A stretch of 59,858 nt of DNA, counting the filler, from Platydemus manokwari (lineage: Eukaryota), in the NCBI GenBank assembly GCA_037951405.1. It is 5 parts of 5 records of this genome, joined end to end, with 100 filler letters (N's around TTAATTAATTAA, not from the genome) between each part and the next. Parts side by side here need not be neighbours in the genome. Positions count along the whole stretch, not along the records: positions 13,346 to 28,562 come from JBBMOY011324761.1; 4 more parts are not named here. One strand, given 5' to 3'. Positions 13,511 to 28,330 of this stretch are shown here, in pieces; position 1 is the first letter of the stretch; every line of letters begins with the position of its first letter. Below the pieces are notes generated by a model. The model searched no databases. It saw nothing but the letters and a program-made list of their open reading frames with translations, and was not told the origin of the DNA. A program made the translations under genes and the position numbers.

Positions 13511-15205
13511 ATGCGCAGAAATAGATAACAATTTATTTGTCGCTGTTAATACGCGATATCTCATTATATATTGATATTTTATAAATTAATTAATTTTTTT
13601 AAGGGATTTCGGCGGGTTTTTAATTGGAGATTTTATTGGAAATATTATTTTACGTATATAAATAATGATTATTATAAATATCAATATTTTAAACAGGACT
13701 TTTCTCCAGAAAGTGAGGGTCATAAAAATACACACTGATAAAAATAAAACCTAATACAGTAAAAAATAATACACATTTTATACGTACTGTCATGCACACA
13801 TTTTTCAAAGTAAATCAATTGTTTTTAAGTAACTAGTTTGGCCAGAACCCCAACAAACGAATCATCAATAAAAGACCTGTAATATAATATTCATCGCATC
13901 TAACTTAATCAACACGTGTAATCGTTATTTTAATTGACAATATCTAGAATAATAATTAAGATAAAATCAAGACAATCAATATATACGCTAACAATACAAA
14001 TTGACTGCTAAACAATAATATTACAATAAATAATTACAAACAGTCATTATATAATGTGATTATAATTACTCAATTGTCTCGACTTGCATTCTAGTCCTCT
14101 ATTAGTCAATGCCTTAATGTCTAGGTAGCCTACCTGAAAAAGAAGTTAGTCGAAACAAAGAATTGTAGTAAGATTATATTAAAGATGGTAGTAAAAAGAC
14201 ATTCTTGATTACTGTGTAATTCATTTCACTGTACACTGAAATGTTCTAAAAAATATGATTTCACCAAATTTGATTCAATTGTAATACGGATATATATATA
14301 ATTGCTGATTTTCAAAGTTTTGGGTATTTAATTTCTGATTGAGTCTGGCTTTTCCCTAATGAGTTTGAACTTGATTATCATAGCTCGACTTTTAGATTGT
14401 CGTTTAGACCCTGTGAATAACATGATTATCAGTGACGCAATATGTTGTTACAAGTTATGTGTTCGGAGAAATAATGATAATGGTATGTGAATTACTGACA
14501 TTTGTTACGAAATAATAGGGAATAACAAAATTATAGTTTGAGATAAGGACATGAACTAAGTATCTGTCTGCTGTAACATAAGCCAGTTACCTAAGAATTA
14601 ATAGCTACGTGATATTTAAAAGCCCTTTTTCAGATAATAACTTTTACATTAATTAATTATTATGATTCATTGAACTATTCCAAAACAGACAACATTCTAG
14701 CTGCAATATATAGTATGCCGTTAAATAATTGAAAGCTTTAATAGGTTGATTGTTAGCTAGTTGATCCCGTTTTTCCTTTTTATAAAAACAGGGTAGATAT
14801 CTAGACTAATTCAAATTATTTGCAAATCATTTCTGATCATAAGATATTAACAACAAACTGGTTTTAGAAAATATATTTAAATATTTAAAGTACAAACTTA
14901 AATTTAAGCAAATCACTATGTTCAATAAATGAAATTTAGTAATATTAAATCACAATTTGTTTTATTTCTGAAATTAAATACATTTACGAATCTTGTTTAT
15001 TTATTTAATTGTGTTAATTATTAAATAATCAGTAATTTTATTATAAAAAATTATTTATTATATTCAGTCAGGTATTCATTTGAAATTTTAGTTTAAAATT
15101 TCAATTTTTAATGGTAATTAATTAACGTTTACTTTTTTCTTAATTATGTATATTTAAATCTAAAACATTTTGTGTTTAAATAATCCAAGGTTATATTTAT
15201 TGATT

Positions 15206-15969
15206 ATGGAAGAACAATTGTGCGAGTCTATCAAGGATAGCTTAGAACGAGATGGAGTGGTATTTTCCTTGCATGAAATTGAGGAAGCTTTGAATTTTTT
15301 AAATAATATGTCAAATTCGTTAATAATAGTTAATGTACCATCTGTAATTTTTGATAATTCTTTAATTAAAGTAAGCAATATTTAATATAAATAGTTAGTA
15401 AAAAATGTTAATTATTAATTTAGGAAAAATTTGAATCATTTTTTATGGAATGTGATAAAAAAACAAAGTTTTCCTATTTAAAAAGTTTCAGAAGAATTAG
15501 GGTGGATATGTCTTCTCCAGACACTGCTATTATTGCTCGTTTTCGTTTCAATAACATAATTAAAGAATGCGCTGATTCCGAAGATTGTCATTCAGTACTA
15601 GTAGAAGTATTGCAATTGGGAAAGGAATCAGAAGAATACTTAGAAACAATGCGATGCTTTTTTGCACAGGACTTAACTATCGAAACACCAGATTATTTAG
15701 AATTGCCCAAATTGGATAAACAATTTCTCATATCTCCTCCAGCTTCTCCACCTGTGGGATGGGAACCTAAACCCGAAGGAGAACCTATTATCAATTATGA
15801 TTTACTTGCTGCATTAGCATCTCTGAGTCCCGGAGAATCTCACGAATTACATCCACCTAGTCATAATTACCCAGGTATAGTCATTACTCCATGTCAAGAT
15901 GAGGATTCTTTTTTCACTAAACGTCCACACGGTAAAATCATCCAGACTCGTTGTCCGGAAAGAAATTAA
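15206..15969 (+). CDS. RCAN: Calcipressin / regulator of calcineurin (RCAN/DSCR1/sarah), 2 exons
   Basis: Exons 15206-15370 and 15424-15969 (53-nt phase-0 intron). RRM-like YLKSFRRIRV, LxxP (YLELP), signature KQFLISPPASPPVGWE, NYDLLAAL, HELH, PxIxIT (PGIVIT), C-terminal TxxP (QTRCP). Confidence 0.95.
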
Positions 15970-18249
15970 TCAGTTCTTTCATAATTAATTTAATTTATTA
16001 AATTTTGTTATTTAGCAAAAAATGTTTTGTTTGTTAATTCTCAACTTATATTAAATTCTTTGATCTGGGTTAACTTTGGTTTTTTTTAATAGATAGAAAA
16101 ATACTTTTTGCACTTCAACGAATTTGTTTTGTGCACAAATAACTTGAAGAAATGTGTTGTTAAATTACATGATAAGTGATAATAATTGTACAAACAATGT
16201 ATTGTAGGATGGTATATATATTATTTGTTATGATATGTTCAAGACGCAAATATGTTGACAGAATCTAATTTGACAATGAGCCGATTCCAAATTAATTAAT
16301 TTGTTAAATTTATATTATCAATTATAATTTAATATATTTTATATTGTTGTTTCGAATTATCTCCTATCTGTACAGATTTTCCAAAACATGTAATTCATTA
16401 AATAATAATTTTAATTTGATATCACAGAAATATTTTTCACAATTTACTGTCCTGCAGAAAGTAAAAAAAAATTCTCATTTGTTAAATATTCGTTATATTG
16501 CATCACAAACAAAAATATATTTTTCAAGGACATTTGTTAAATTTTGATGAAATGAATTTGTATATATTTAAAGTTGGTATAGTCTTGATACAAATTAATA
16601 TTGATTGTTTTTGTATCGATCTATTTAATTAATTATGTTTTATTATTATTTTGGTCTACGACATTATGAGTGCCATTTGTAATATTCTAATTTGGTTTCG
16701 AAAATATCACCACCTACATTTGAACTAAAATAGAAACCATTGAAGATCTACTACAAAACACGCATGTGTTTTGATTATTATGTGTGTATTTGATTTGCTT
16801 ACTACTCAGATTGTTGACCTAGTTTATATCCTAATGTATTAGTGAGACTTATTTTATAAAATTATCACACAAAATAGTGTGCTAAGAAAAATTATGCAAT
16901 TATAACTTATTAATAATGGGACTTAGCATGTTTTGTAGATTTATTGTCGCTCATTCCTTGACTTTGTGCTCTTAATTCATTGATAAATATTTATATGCGA
17001 TATTTATATAATATTATTTATAGTCATTTCCCCAATTTTCATCACCAGTATTTTAATTATATTTAAATTTTTCGATGACAAAATAAATTTTATCTCAAAC
17101 ATGATTTAAAAATGTATTCGAATAAATATCAATAAATTATAAAATGCGGATAACCTTTATTAATTCTGTTCTAAATTTATCCGATAAACTGTGTTGTTCT
17201 AATTAAATGTTACGTTTAAGAAGGCTTTATAAAATATATTTACCAATCTAGATGGGCTCAAATGTGAACTCGGGCTATTTTAATAAAAATTCTGCAGCAC
17301 GATCTAAATAACTATTTTCTGATTGAGTTGTTTAGAAATCTTGAAACGAATTATTTAATTCTGATAACATTGAATTAGAAATTCGATTAAAGTGAATTGA
17401 GTTTCTCCTACTATATTTGTTGTGATCATTTTTATCACATAATTATTTTTTGCATTCACCATTAAAATTCTGAAATGAAACTAGTCATTGGTTCATAAGT
17501 ATTACATTTAGTAGATACTTTATTATCTTGGAAATTCATATTGCGCTGTTAGTACTTGCTTTGTAATTATTTTCCTGATTTTATTATTATTAATTTCACA
17601 TTATTTACATTCCTCTCGTTTCATAATTTTAATGTTAAATATTTATTTCATTTCTAAACATTTAGCACTTAAATATAGCTTCATTTTAAGTTGATGTTTA
17701 TAATATAAACTTTTATAGCACTAGTATTGACTTAGAAGCAACACTCAAGCCCATTTTTGGCTCGTAATGTTATTTACAAAATAATTTTATTTAATGGGTT
17801 TGAACTCTTTAAATATCATAACTGGTTTTGCTTGCTGATGATATATATTGATTTTTGCATTAAATTTCACAATTTTAAAATTTTATTTTAGGACCCTACT
17901 TTTTAACATTAACCAAAAAAAGCTTATCAAGAGAAAGAGTTTATTATCCGAGAAACAAGCTAATCTTGATAGCAATTTAACTATTAGATAAATTTTCTAA
18001 GATACAAATATAATGCTTTCCTTAGCAAAGTAACAACACTATAACAATAACTTTGGAATTTAAATCTGATAAGATACTGAACTCATCTATTTTAAACAAA
18101 TCTAATAATAATTAATAATATTTGATGATCGTGTAACGAAAAAAATCTAGAAACCATGAGTGCTTTTATGATAAATTATAATACACAATGATTTACAATT
18201 CAATTTATCTATCACAAATTTGGTTTGATTTACCAAATAAAAAATCAAG

Positions 18250-18426
18250 AATAATCCAATTTGTATCGTTTGTTTAAATTCAGATATATATGGAAAAAAA
18301 GAAAAAATGGATTGTTATATACAAATAAATAGCCTTCAACAAAGATTTAATCCTTGTGAATATATTATATATAATATTCACATAAAATGCCTGAATTTAA
18401 CAGCGATACTAGAACACAATAATTAG
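18250..18426 (+). pseudogene. Degenerate PHD-finger-like coding remnant (possibly a transposon ORF tail)
   Basis: NNPICIVCLNSD...YIQ...PCEY...IHIKCLNL*; CxxC ... C ... HxxC spacing; upstream frame broken. Confidence 0.3.
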
Positions 18427-20637
18427 AAAAGATTTTACTTTGAAAAATAAAATTAATATATAAAATGGAGATGTTATATTTCCTCATATAACCCGTTAAA
18501 ATTCTTTAGCAGGAGGTAATCCATTTTTATATTTAGCAAAACCCTGGACATCAGACAGATCTATTAATTAATCATAAGCTTAGTATTATAGAAAACCCAA
18601 TATAATTATTTTATAATTTATTTACAGCTTTAAGCAGGACATTATTATTTTTATTATCAGATAAAAAGTATTTTAGTTAAGTGACATAAATTAGAATACA
18701 TAGATGAATATCGAAAAAATAACATTCTTAAAAATACTTCTCTAGCTTGCACAAATTCCAAACCATTAATTTGTTAATAAAAGCGCTCATTGGTAGAATT
18801 CAGTGCAGTGAATATATTGATTACAGACACTTGGTTTCAGTGATAAATATATTCCTGATTTAGGAAATAGTGTAGCCATGAGAAACATCTTTTATTTATA
18901 ATTTATAAAAATAATCTTCAAAAATCTATTACCATTTGTCCCACATCTCACAGTGTTCTTGGAAATAAATATATATTGAAGAAATAAACCTTCAAATTTG
19001 TTACAATAAAATTGATGACCATTTGGAATTTCTAGCTAATTATTGTATTAATGAAAGTCGTAATTTTGATTTAAAGGATATAACTGATGATTAAGACACA
19101 AAATACAAGACAAGAAAAATAATCTTGCAGTTATATGAACGGAATAATTTCGCTTAATATTTAAAATAAAATTCAAATGTGTTGAGAATATTTCTAAGTG
19201 TACCATTTCTAAAATCTGGTGACATATTATGAATTATTTCAATGTAGGAGTAATGGTAACAATACTATATTGCCATTGCATTCCTGAAGTCTTGAATTCA
19301 TAGATTTATTATTTTATGAATGAGCGAATTTCTGGACGAATGGATAAGAAAATAAGAACTTTAGGATGTGATAGCGAGTAGTAATATTACCCTTCGTGGA
19401 GGCATTAATAAATAAAGATGACTGTGCAACTATGATTTAGAATGTCATTGAGTCTAATCCGACACGTTATCCATCACTAACAACCTTCGAAAATAAAGAT
19501 TAGAATCAATACGAGTTTCTTATCTAACAACTTCACTGTTTTGTAGTAAATAAAATTACATTATTTTAAAAGAATCACGGAATTTGCGACTCGCAAGGAT
19601 ATGATTTTATTAATGGTGTCTTAATTACTGACATAAGCAATTTTTTCGTCTCGACGTAAAGGGCTTCAAATTAATTAATTTGAAAAATGATGCACAAAAC
19701 TCTAAAATACTAACGATATACACTCTTAGATATTAAACTCAATAAAAAATTTTGTTGAAAATGATACATACAAAATAATATATATCAGTGCAACTTGATA
19801 TTGAAAATAATCAACATATATTTGAAAATAATCAATTTAGTTCGTAATGATCAATTTATAGAACATTAAAACTAAAGAAGACATGTTTGTTAAAATTGAG
19901 AAATATATAATTTTATTAAATAAAAATATATTATGGTTGTGTACTTCTGGTTTGTGGGTAGAATTCATTAGCGTGTGTGATGTCGATACTACTGAAATTT
20001 TAATTTAATTAGAGTAAAAGTTGAATGACCTATACAGGTTAGTTCTCGCTATTAATGTGGCAGTATGTTGAATTATTTTACGATAAGAAAGTTATCACTA
20101 AATCAATACAATTGAATTGATTATGTTCTCAAACAATTTATTAAACAACAATTGCGAATAATCCAATTAATTCGAGAATTTTAACGAAAAGGAATGATAA
20201 CAAAACGATCTAGGTCCAATAAAGGCAACGTAGCCTCCGGATTATCAGCGTAAACACCGATTGTCAAATTGGTATTAAAGAAAGTAGGTTTATAATGGTG
20301 GAAAATTTTAAAAATTATAAAAAATAATTAAAACCAGAAGCAAACAGTAGTTATTTAAAGTGCACACAGTTGCTTGTCCTTGAATAAGTAATACCGGAAA
20401 TAATGAGAAAATTAGAAGAAATTTTAAACTGAATCTTCGTAATAATGACTCAGAATATTTACCTTTATCGTTGGTCATATTCTAAACTTTCTTAAAAACT
20501 GTTTTCCAAAAATGTGAACATAAATTTTAGCAATAATTTTATAATAAATTATTAAGATATTCGATATACATTAATTACATAAATCAAATTAAAGATATTT
20601 ACAAAATAATATTTGCTCTATCATTAATATTCTTTAA

Positions 20638-21345
20638 CCCTATCGCAACGGAACACTGCTATCTTATTTTGCCGTCTTTAGTAACGGATCATCTGAACTA
20701 TACTTCGTTACCAATGTTTACTTGCCATATAACATTGTACTGTTAGCTAAATTATGTATTTTACTTTTGCTTTGGTTAATGGCTGTGCTAGCTTTATTTT
20801 GAGTTCGTTGTTGAAATGAAACAATCATATAATTTTAATAATATTTATTTCAAATGATATTTTTAATAATCCTTTGTAGTATGAAATGTATTACAAAAAT
20901 TGATAGATAAGCAATCCAAAATTGCATTCTTTGCACGGTTAATGTGATTAACTTATCCTATCTTTTATTACAACAACGCATCTTAGTACTTTATTTTTTC
21001 CTTCGAATGTGTACAAAGTGACAAAGTGTCTTCCTTTGATTATGTTAAGTTAGAATTATCATTAGTATAGTTAAAAGTTGAATTACAAAGTATAAAAGCT
21101 AAAATATTTATTAATATTACGAACAAAAAGTGAAAATAAATGCACTTTTCTCTCTTCTAGGAATTTTTAGCTAAATAATTTTGTAGTGAGCTGATGCGCA
21201 TGAAAGAGAATAATGATTCATTTAATTAACGATCCTGTGTCTAACGATATAGTTGGCCTCAGCAAACGTAAAAGCAATAAATAACTACCGTACTTAGACA
21301 GCTGCTATGATGCACTTAATAGGTGCTTTATAAGTAGTAAAAGGG
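20638..21345 (+). mobile_element. Non-autonomous piggyBac-like element
   Basis: TTAA|CCCTATCGCAAC at the left and GTAGTAAAAGGG|TAAA at the right (imperfect TIR and TSD). Internal QNCILC...RMCTK*QSVFL* matches the piggyBac C-terminal Cys-rich domain, with TGA stops at two expected Cys positions. Confidence 0.45.
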
Positions 21346-22397
21346 TAAATGAGTTTTGTTCTTATAAACCAAATAAAACACAAGTAATTTTCTTTTTTAA
21401 ATATGAACACAAACAAATATACGCCTTCATAGACACAAACACATAAACCATTGAAAAACATCCATATTTAAAATATCCTCGATAAAAATATGCACAAACC
21501 AATACTAACAACAGCTGAACAATCCAATTAAAGGACTCGAAAATATAAAACACCAACGAAAACTAGGGTCGAATTACCAAAATGAATTTTTGTAAACACC
21601 TAACGTATCTCCTTAGCAAGTACACAAACGGATGACAATCGATTCAATGCCAGTATCATTTACCATTAACATTGTCATTTGATAATTTAATTAATAATAT
21701 GTGGAAATATAAGCAGTTATCAATGGTTGCTATTATATCCATAAAGCAATAAAATGAAATCAATTTATTTTGTTATAATTAAAAAAATTAATTTATTAAA
21801 ATTCTAATTATCAGTTATAAATTGATTATTATTTTCTGACATCTTCAACGAATGTATTTTAGTTTAATGACTTTCACCGAGGACATTTCCAAGCGAGGGA
21901 ATTAAAATAAAGTCAATACAATATTTAATATTTTCAATGCAGTAAAACACTTAAAGATGTAATTCTAATTGTTTTGATTTAACTGTACTTTTACAATGTT
22001 TTATCTTGAACATAATTTAAGATCTCTTCGAATAACGAACTTCAGTTAATCAAATAATTAAATATGAAATTTGTAATTCATCAAGCTTAGTGGAAATTCC
22101 TTATGCATACAGAGAAACGACTTTCTTTAATGAAATTTTGTAGTTTTCATTGAAATCAAAAATACTTCAAGACACAACATGTCTTACTAAATAAAAAAAA
22201 ATCTAAGTAATTCAATGTCTCAACTTGAAATGCGAATATCAAAATTTTGTGTGTTGTAAAGGAAAATATCTTCAGAAAGATTAGAAGATCCGCTGAAATT
22301 CCTAATTCCAGAAAAGTCAATTATTTAATGGAAATTTAATTTAAAAAAATTATAATCAGTTGTAGATAATATTACTAAATTTATAACATGTGTTTGG

Positions 22398-22467
22398 ATA
22401 TTGAGTTCAAAAGTTAGTAAACAATATTATAATATTGAGTTCAAAATATTAATAAACAATATTATAA
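22398..22467. repeat. Tandem duplication, ~34-bp unit
   Basis: atattgagttcaaaa..tta.taaacaatattata occurs twice. Confidence 0.8.
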
Positions 22468-23550
22468 ACTACAATAAAAATATTGATGTAAAAATATGAA
22501 AGATTTTAATAGGAAAATAAAATCTGATTGATAAAGTTATTTTAGAAAATCATCTTGACATGCATACAATATGGTGGCGCTTATTTTTTCAGTTGCAAAC
22601 ATGAAATATTATTTAATAATGACTAGAATAATAACATAACTAGTAATTATTAATGACATATTAACGGTTCTTATTCCGAATTTTCACCTTAAAAATTCAG
22701 GATATTTTTAGAAATTCTTTATAGTTCTAAATAATCACTTAAACCTTAAACCATTTTATATCTGAAATCAAAGTCTTAACTTAATAAAAATGATGCATTT
22801 AAACTTCTCCACAAAATAAAATTTTTTAAAGTTAAAAATATGAACGTAAAAGTATCAAATATATATATTTATAAATATAATTTTAATCATAAATTTCTAT
22901 AAAGAAAATAGAATATAGTTGGCGAAGATAATTGTATGAATTATTTCTATGATAATGAATCTTGTAGCGGCAATTGGAAGAAAATCGGAATTTATGAATT
23001 TAATTAATGTCTGAGTTGAAATTGAAGTTTTAGTTATGGATTATTGGTGTATGATCCGATTAATTAATGATAAATTTGATCTTGAGTTGGAAAATAATTT
23101 CATATTTCAATTAAATTCAAAGCTTCGTATTAGTTAACCGGAAAACAAACTAACAACTGCAGGTTGAAAACCGCATATTTTAACTATTATTAAATCGATA
23201 TAGAAATCTGTATTAGTTTGCTATTCAAAAATACTTTATCTAATATTATAATCATCAACAAGAAAACATTGACATCTGACAATCAATGCTCACAGTTGTC
23301 AAAAATCATTGAAAAATAACATCAAAGTCAACCGGCAAAGTTCACAGAAATCATCACCGATCGGAATAATAAAAAAATTAAACGATTTCTGTGAACTTTA
23401 TCATTGACAATGAATGCAAAATAAAAAAAATTCATTTATTAAAATCCCAAATCGATTTATAACAATAATAATAATAATAATACATGAATAAATGATACAG
23501 AAATGGTGAGATAGGAGATGAATGAATGAATGAACATCAAATGATAACAA

Positions 23551-25188
23551 TTATGCTGATAATAATTTATTGACAGCTCGATCAAGATTGCCATATTGAC
23601 TGAGAAGTACTAAATGAGAATAAATGTTATATAATCATTACCATGGATGATGTAATCACCTGATGTATTGAGATCATTATCAACAAATCCCATCTCACTC
23701 AATAATTCCTTTTGATTTTCAAATTTATCCGATATTTCTGAGCTTTTATCATCCACCGATTCCAATTTAATTCGATCATTAAGAACGCCCATTAATTCCA
23801 CCATGGATCCGCCATTGATTTTTTGACAATCATCGATTTTGGCAGCGATTTGATTGATATTTGTAGCAATATTTTCATCGATTTCAATCGGATTTGAACG
23901 CAAATAATTCATTATCTAAAAAACAATAACAAATCCAATCATGAATCAAATATCAAAACATCTTCGGGTTCTTTCGATTGATCTAACGCTTTCTTGAACA
24001 GATTCAATGATTCTGGCATCAATTGTTGAATGGTGTCGAGTGATGATTGATTGGATAAATGTGATCCATATGGACAGTTTTTGATCACCTACAATGGCAC
24101 ATTGGAGCATCATTTAAAAGGGTTTATCAATCGTACCAGATCGGATAAATGCTTGTTTTCAATCATTATATCCATCAATTTCGATGTTTGAGGACATTTC
24201 ATCAATGGTTCCAGCAATTTACTGTCAAACAAATCATCAGTCTGTGTTTTCTCAGGCTCTTCTTCAGCCGGTTTATCAGCTGTTTTTTCAAATAATTCCA
24301 TCATTCGACGATATCGTTTTGATTCAATGACACTTTTCAAATTGTCACTGTAATTGCTCATTATTCCATCCAGATCTTTTGAATTGCTCATTATATCTTG
24401 GATCCAAGCATATTGGGAAGAGTCGTTGAAAAATTTCACTATATTAGGATTATTCTACAAATTTATTTTACCAAATTAATAAATCAATTTAAATCTCAAT
24501 AAATTCCAATATTCCAAACATTTCATAAAATCTCACATTTAGTGCTTCATTAATAATCGGATTTGCTGAATACAATAGCGGTATAAGTGAAGGATTTTGA
24601 ATCAAGTTATCCACTTGTGGTTGTAAAACAAGTGATTCTATAACTTCTGGATTAGCACTAATTATTTCACTCATTTGATTTTGAACTTGATCCAAGCTTT
24701 TATCTATCACCATTAAACTATAACATTATCGAAAAGTAAAATATTAATGTAAACTTTTCCATGTTATATAGTCACAATAGTTACTATCTGAATTTGTGCA
24801 AAGCTTTTTGACCGACGATCCATGATTAAGAATTTCATTTAATTCATCGTTTTGTAATTCACGTTTTAAGGGTCTCTCATTTTTCTACACGAAAAGCTGA
24901 CAGAATACCAGGATAATTTTCATAAATTACTTTAACTGCATAAACTTTGCAATCTTCAATAAATTTTAATTCGCCAGCAGTTTTACTCGCATCACAAATT
25001 GTATTATTAAAAAGAAAATTGAACTCCACGTTGTTTGTTTTCAATTCAGAATTTAATATAGAAGTAAGCTAAAATAGAGATTAAATAAGTCTGAAAAATT
25101 AATAATTAACAGATTCGATGGGTTCATCTTCACCTAGCTCAATAATTAAAGTTCTTAATTCAGATAATAAAGTAACATATATTTTCAT
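23551..25188 (-). CDS. Ubiquilin/Dsk2-like shuttle protein (UBL - STI1-like repeats - UBA), divergent; 8 exons
   Basis: Exons 25188-25111, 25068-24931, 24884-24785, ~24703-24537 (acceptor uncertain), 24454-24137, 24088-23960, 23915-23660, 23609-23551. N-terminal ubiquitin-fold pattern (MKIYVTL...FNFLFNNTI...TAGELKFIEDCKVYAV), NP-rich STI1-like middle, UBA QKELLSEMGFVDNDLNTSVLLSQYGNLDRAVNKLL. Confidence 0.8.
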
Positions 25189-27257
25189 TTTAATAAAGAA
25201 TTTCAAAATTATTCTAATTTTAAATGACTTAAACAAATATTCTTGTCATAAATTAAAATAAAAATATAATCATTTTAAAATATATATAGGTACAATTAAG
25301 TTTTGGAAATATGTAATTAAATAATTAGAATTTAATTAATTATATTTAGAATGCATAATGGAAAATTTTCTTTAGTACATTTATTTCCATAAGATATAAT
25401 TTAATTCTGCTATATATTCTTAATAATTAACTAATTTCACTGTATTAATCATGAATGTATGAGTGCTTTCATAATTAAATAAATCTTTTTAACTTGTTAG
25501 GAGGTTTTACTTTGTTTCTTGAGCTTGCATAATAAAGCTGTCAATTTGGAATTCATTGAATTTCTAAAAATCCAGACCTTGTATTGGTATTATAATATTA
25601 AAAATCTCGGCTTAAGATACAATTTCGGAAATATTTATTAAAGCAGGCTTCAAACTTGTAGATCCCATTCCTTTAGTTACGATATCATTTATTATTTCTT
25701 CTTAATTATTCGTGAAATTCAGCACAGATTTAACCAACTTTTGAACCAATTTTTTTAGACTTGTTAACTTTTCGTGTTCCGAGCTTTGGATGTTTCTAAT
25801 ATCGTAATTGATATCTTGATCATGAATTTGTGTTTAAATAATTTTTTGAAGATTATTCAGTCATTTCTCGTGTTGGGTAATATTAAAATGAAGTGAATGT
25901 TGCAAATTATATTTATTGGACATAAACCTAATCAAATAGGTCTATCCCTGTAAATCAGTTGTTTTGTAATCATGTATTTTACCGAATTGAAATCTTTAAG
26001 TTATGTTGTCTTCGATTTTATGGTTGCCATTCATGTAAAGCTGTATAGGCATATATACGCCCAAAGTATTAAAACAAGGACCCAAAGGCGCCAAAATCGT
26101 AATCTGCTGTTAAATTTATCTTCACTTAATACTTGTGAATTGACAAAAATCTTCATTTTAACTATTAGACCTACATTTCTTTTCTCAAAATTCAGGGATT
26201 GTGAGCAAATAGCATTGTGAAAATAAAAATTTGAAGAAACGTTATTGGAAAAAGTAGAGTTTAACTATGCTGACTGACTAAGGTTGAATTATACAAGAGA
26301 AGTTCCTGATGCAAAATATGAAATAAAATTTAGTTTTGCTGGGTAGATCATAAATCAATGAAAAAGGTCACAAGAACCAAGGAAATAACCCTAAAAATGG
26401 TTGACACACACATATTCTATAAGCACATGTACCATCATCAAATCAGATTCCTTCTAATATTAATCCATATTTAGAAGCTAAGAATCGACAGGCACTCACC
26501 TGACGAGTTCAAAAATAGGTCGCAAAGATAATTCAAATTTATATGAAAGATAAAGTAAAACTGAGTAAACAAGTAAAATACAATGTAATAAATAAAAAAG
26601 TTAAATTCAATATGATATTAACCAAAACATAATTATATAGAATAAATTTAAAAGATATTTAAACAAAATGAAATTAAACTACAATTAATTAAAAACGTGA
26701 CATTAAAAAAATTAAATATTTAAAAGGTCAAATTAAAGATTAATAATTAAGGTTAACGAAATAGTGCAAATATGGAATTTGCAGATAATAATAATAATGT
26801 AGGAGACAGATTAGGACAATAAGACCTAGCCGTTAAGTTAGAGTTAACATATCTACAAATGTCAGGAATCTCAAATATATGTCAATTGCATAAGAGATAC
26901 GAGGAAAATTTTAAGCAAACATATCTACGAACAAGTTCAGTAAATGAAAAACGAAGATCCGTGACATCAAGCAGACACACTAGATAGGTCTGTAAATGTG
27001 GTTGATTTCCATGAGTAACTGCCAGTCTTTTTGGTCGGTGACTTGCGCATTTATCTAATCTTTGTGTGATTTTCAGTGACAAGTCATTTTAGTTACTTTC
27101 TAGTTCGTTTTTGACTTGTGGGTGATGATTCCATCTTGTGTGATTAACCATTGTGATTTGTAAAGAGGCTAACTTGTAGTTGTTGTAATTACTATTTTCA
27201 TATTTTTGGTAATATAGTTTTCAGGTATAATTGTTGATTAATACTCAAAAATTTTTG

Positions 27258-28330
27258 ATGAGCCAGACTTCTGAACAAAAGCAACAAATTCCAGCATGAG
27301 CGACGTACAAGACATTCCGAATCAAATACCAGCGAGCCTAATACACCAAATTCATATTCGAGACTTCGGATAAGATGCCCAGGTAGATTTCGCGAATTGC
27401 CAGAAATTTCCGCTCGAGCAATAAGTAAGCGATTCTGTCGAATTCTTAAATTTATGACAGATTACTTCATGTACGATTCCGCATATGGATGTGCAGAATG
27501 AACAATGATACAACGACTGTCACACTATCTGAAAAGAGCAGCCAGAGAGGCATATAATCAAATTGACCGTCAAAATATCGTAGAGTAAATGGCGATCAAA
27601 GACGGTCTTTCAGAAAACCTCATCAGCCTAGACGTAGGTAGAATTATTCGACAAAAAGTCTTCTCTCGAACTCAAAAAACAAACAAAATGGTCGCAGAAT
27701 TCGCATTTTACCTTTCAGAAAAATCTTTGGTCCTAAAGCAGATTGGCATCGCAAATCAGAAAAGTTGTCGAAGACAAATGTGTTCATAGCCACTATAACG
27801 CAGGCCTTAGTTTGACCGATTACGCCGACTATCGATGAATTGCCCTTCTATGTAAAAGCAACCACAAACTTTGCAATAGAAACCGAAAATCTTAAAATGG
27901 GCAAAATTTAGAGATCTCCTTCAGTTTCTTCTCTAACAAGCGATATCCCAAAATCTTCGAACAAAGGATCTACCAGGAGATTCTTAAATTCTCGACGATC
28001 CCCAGGCAACGTTTTCTCGAAAAGCTGTCATTACGCAAATAATTTCAAAAATCAAAGAGTTCTCAATAATTCTCAAGTAACCAAGTCTTCATTGAACTAT
28101 AGGCGAAACGAATAGTCATGTGGTAGGAGAAGTCATATTGCACAAAACAGTAGAACTATCTTAAAATATCCTCCCCGAAATACTGTAAACATTCAGGGAA
28201 AAGCAAAGTCCTACATATGTGGCAATTTTGGACATTTGGGGAGAGAATGCCCCTCAATACGAAACAAATTCCAGCAGCCGCTTCTCAGAACGAAAATTAA
28301 TTTTCTTAAAACAGAGTTAATACAACATTC
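27258..28330 (+). mobile_element. Decayed Ty3/Gypsy gag with two degenerate CCHC zinc knuckles
   Basis: (*S)CGRRSHIAQNSR at ~28119 and KSYICGNFGHLGRECP at ~28205. ORF 27589..27789 is a gag fragment. LTR-like sequence upstream (~26798) shares a ~37-bp motif with 44581-44617. Confidence 0.65.

Noticed and set aside
22660-22690. taacggttcttattccgaa and gccgttaag (26829, 44603) resemble flatworm spliced-leader starts
   Set aside because: No ATG|GT leader end or Sm site follows; the gccgttaag copies lie in LTR-like repeats
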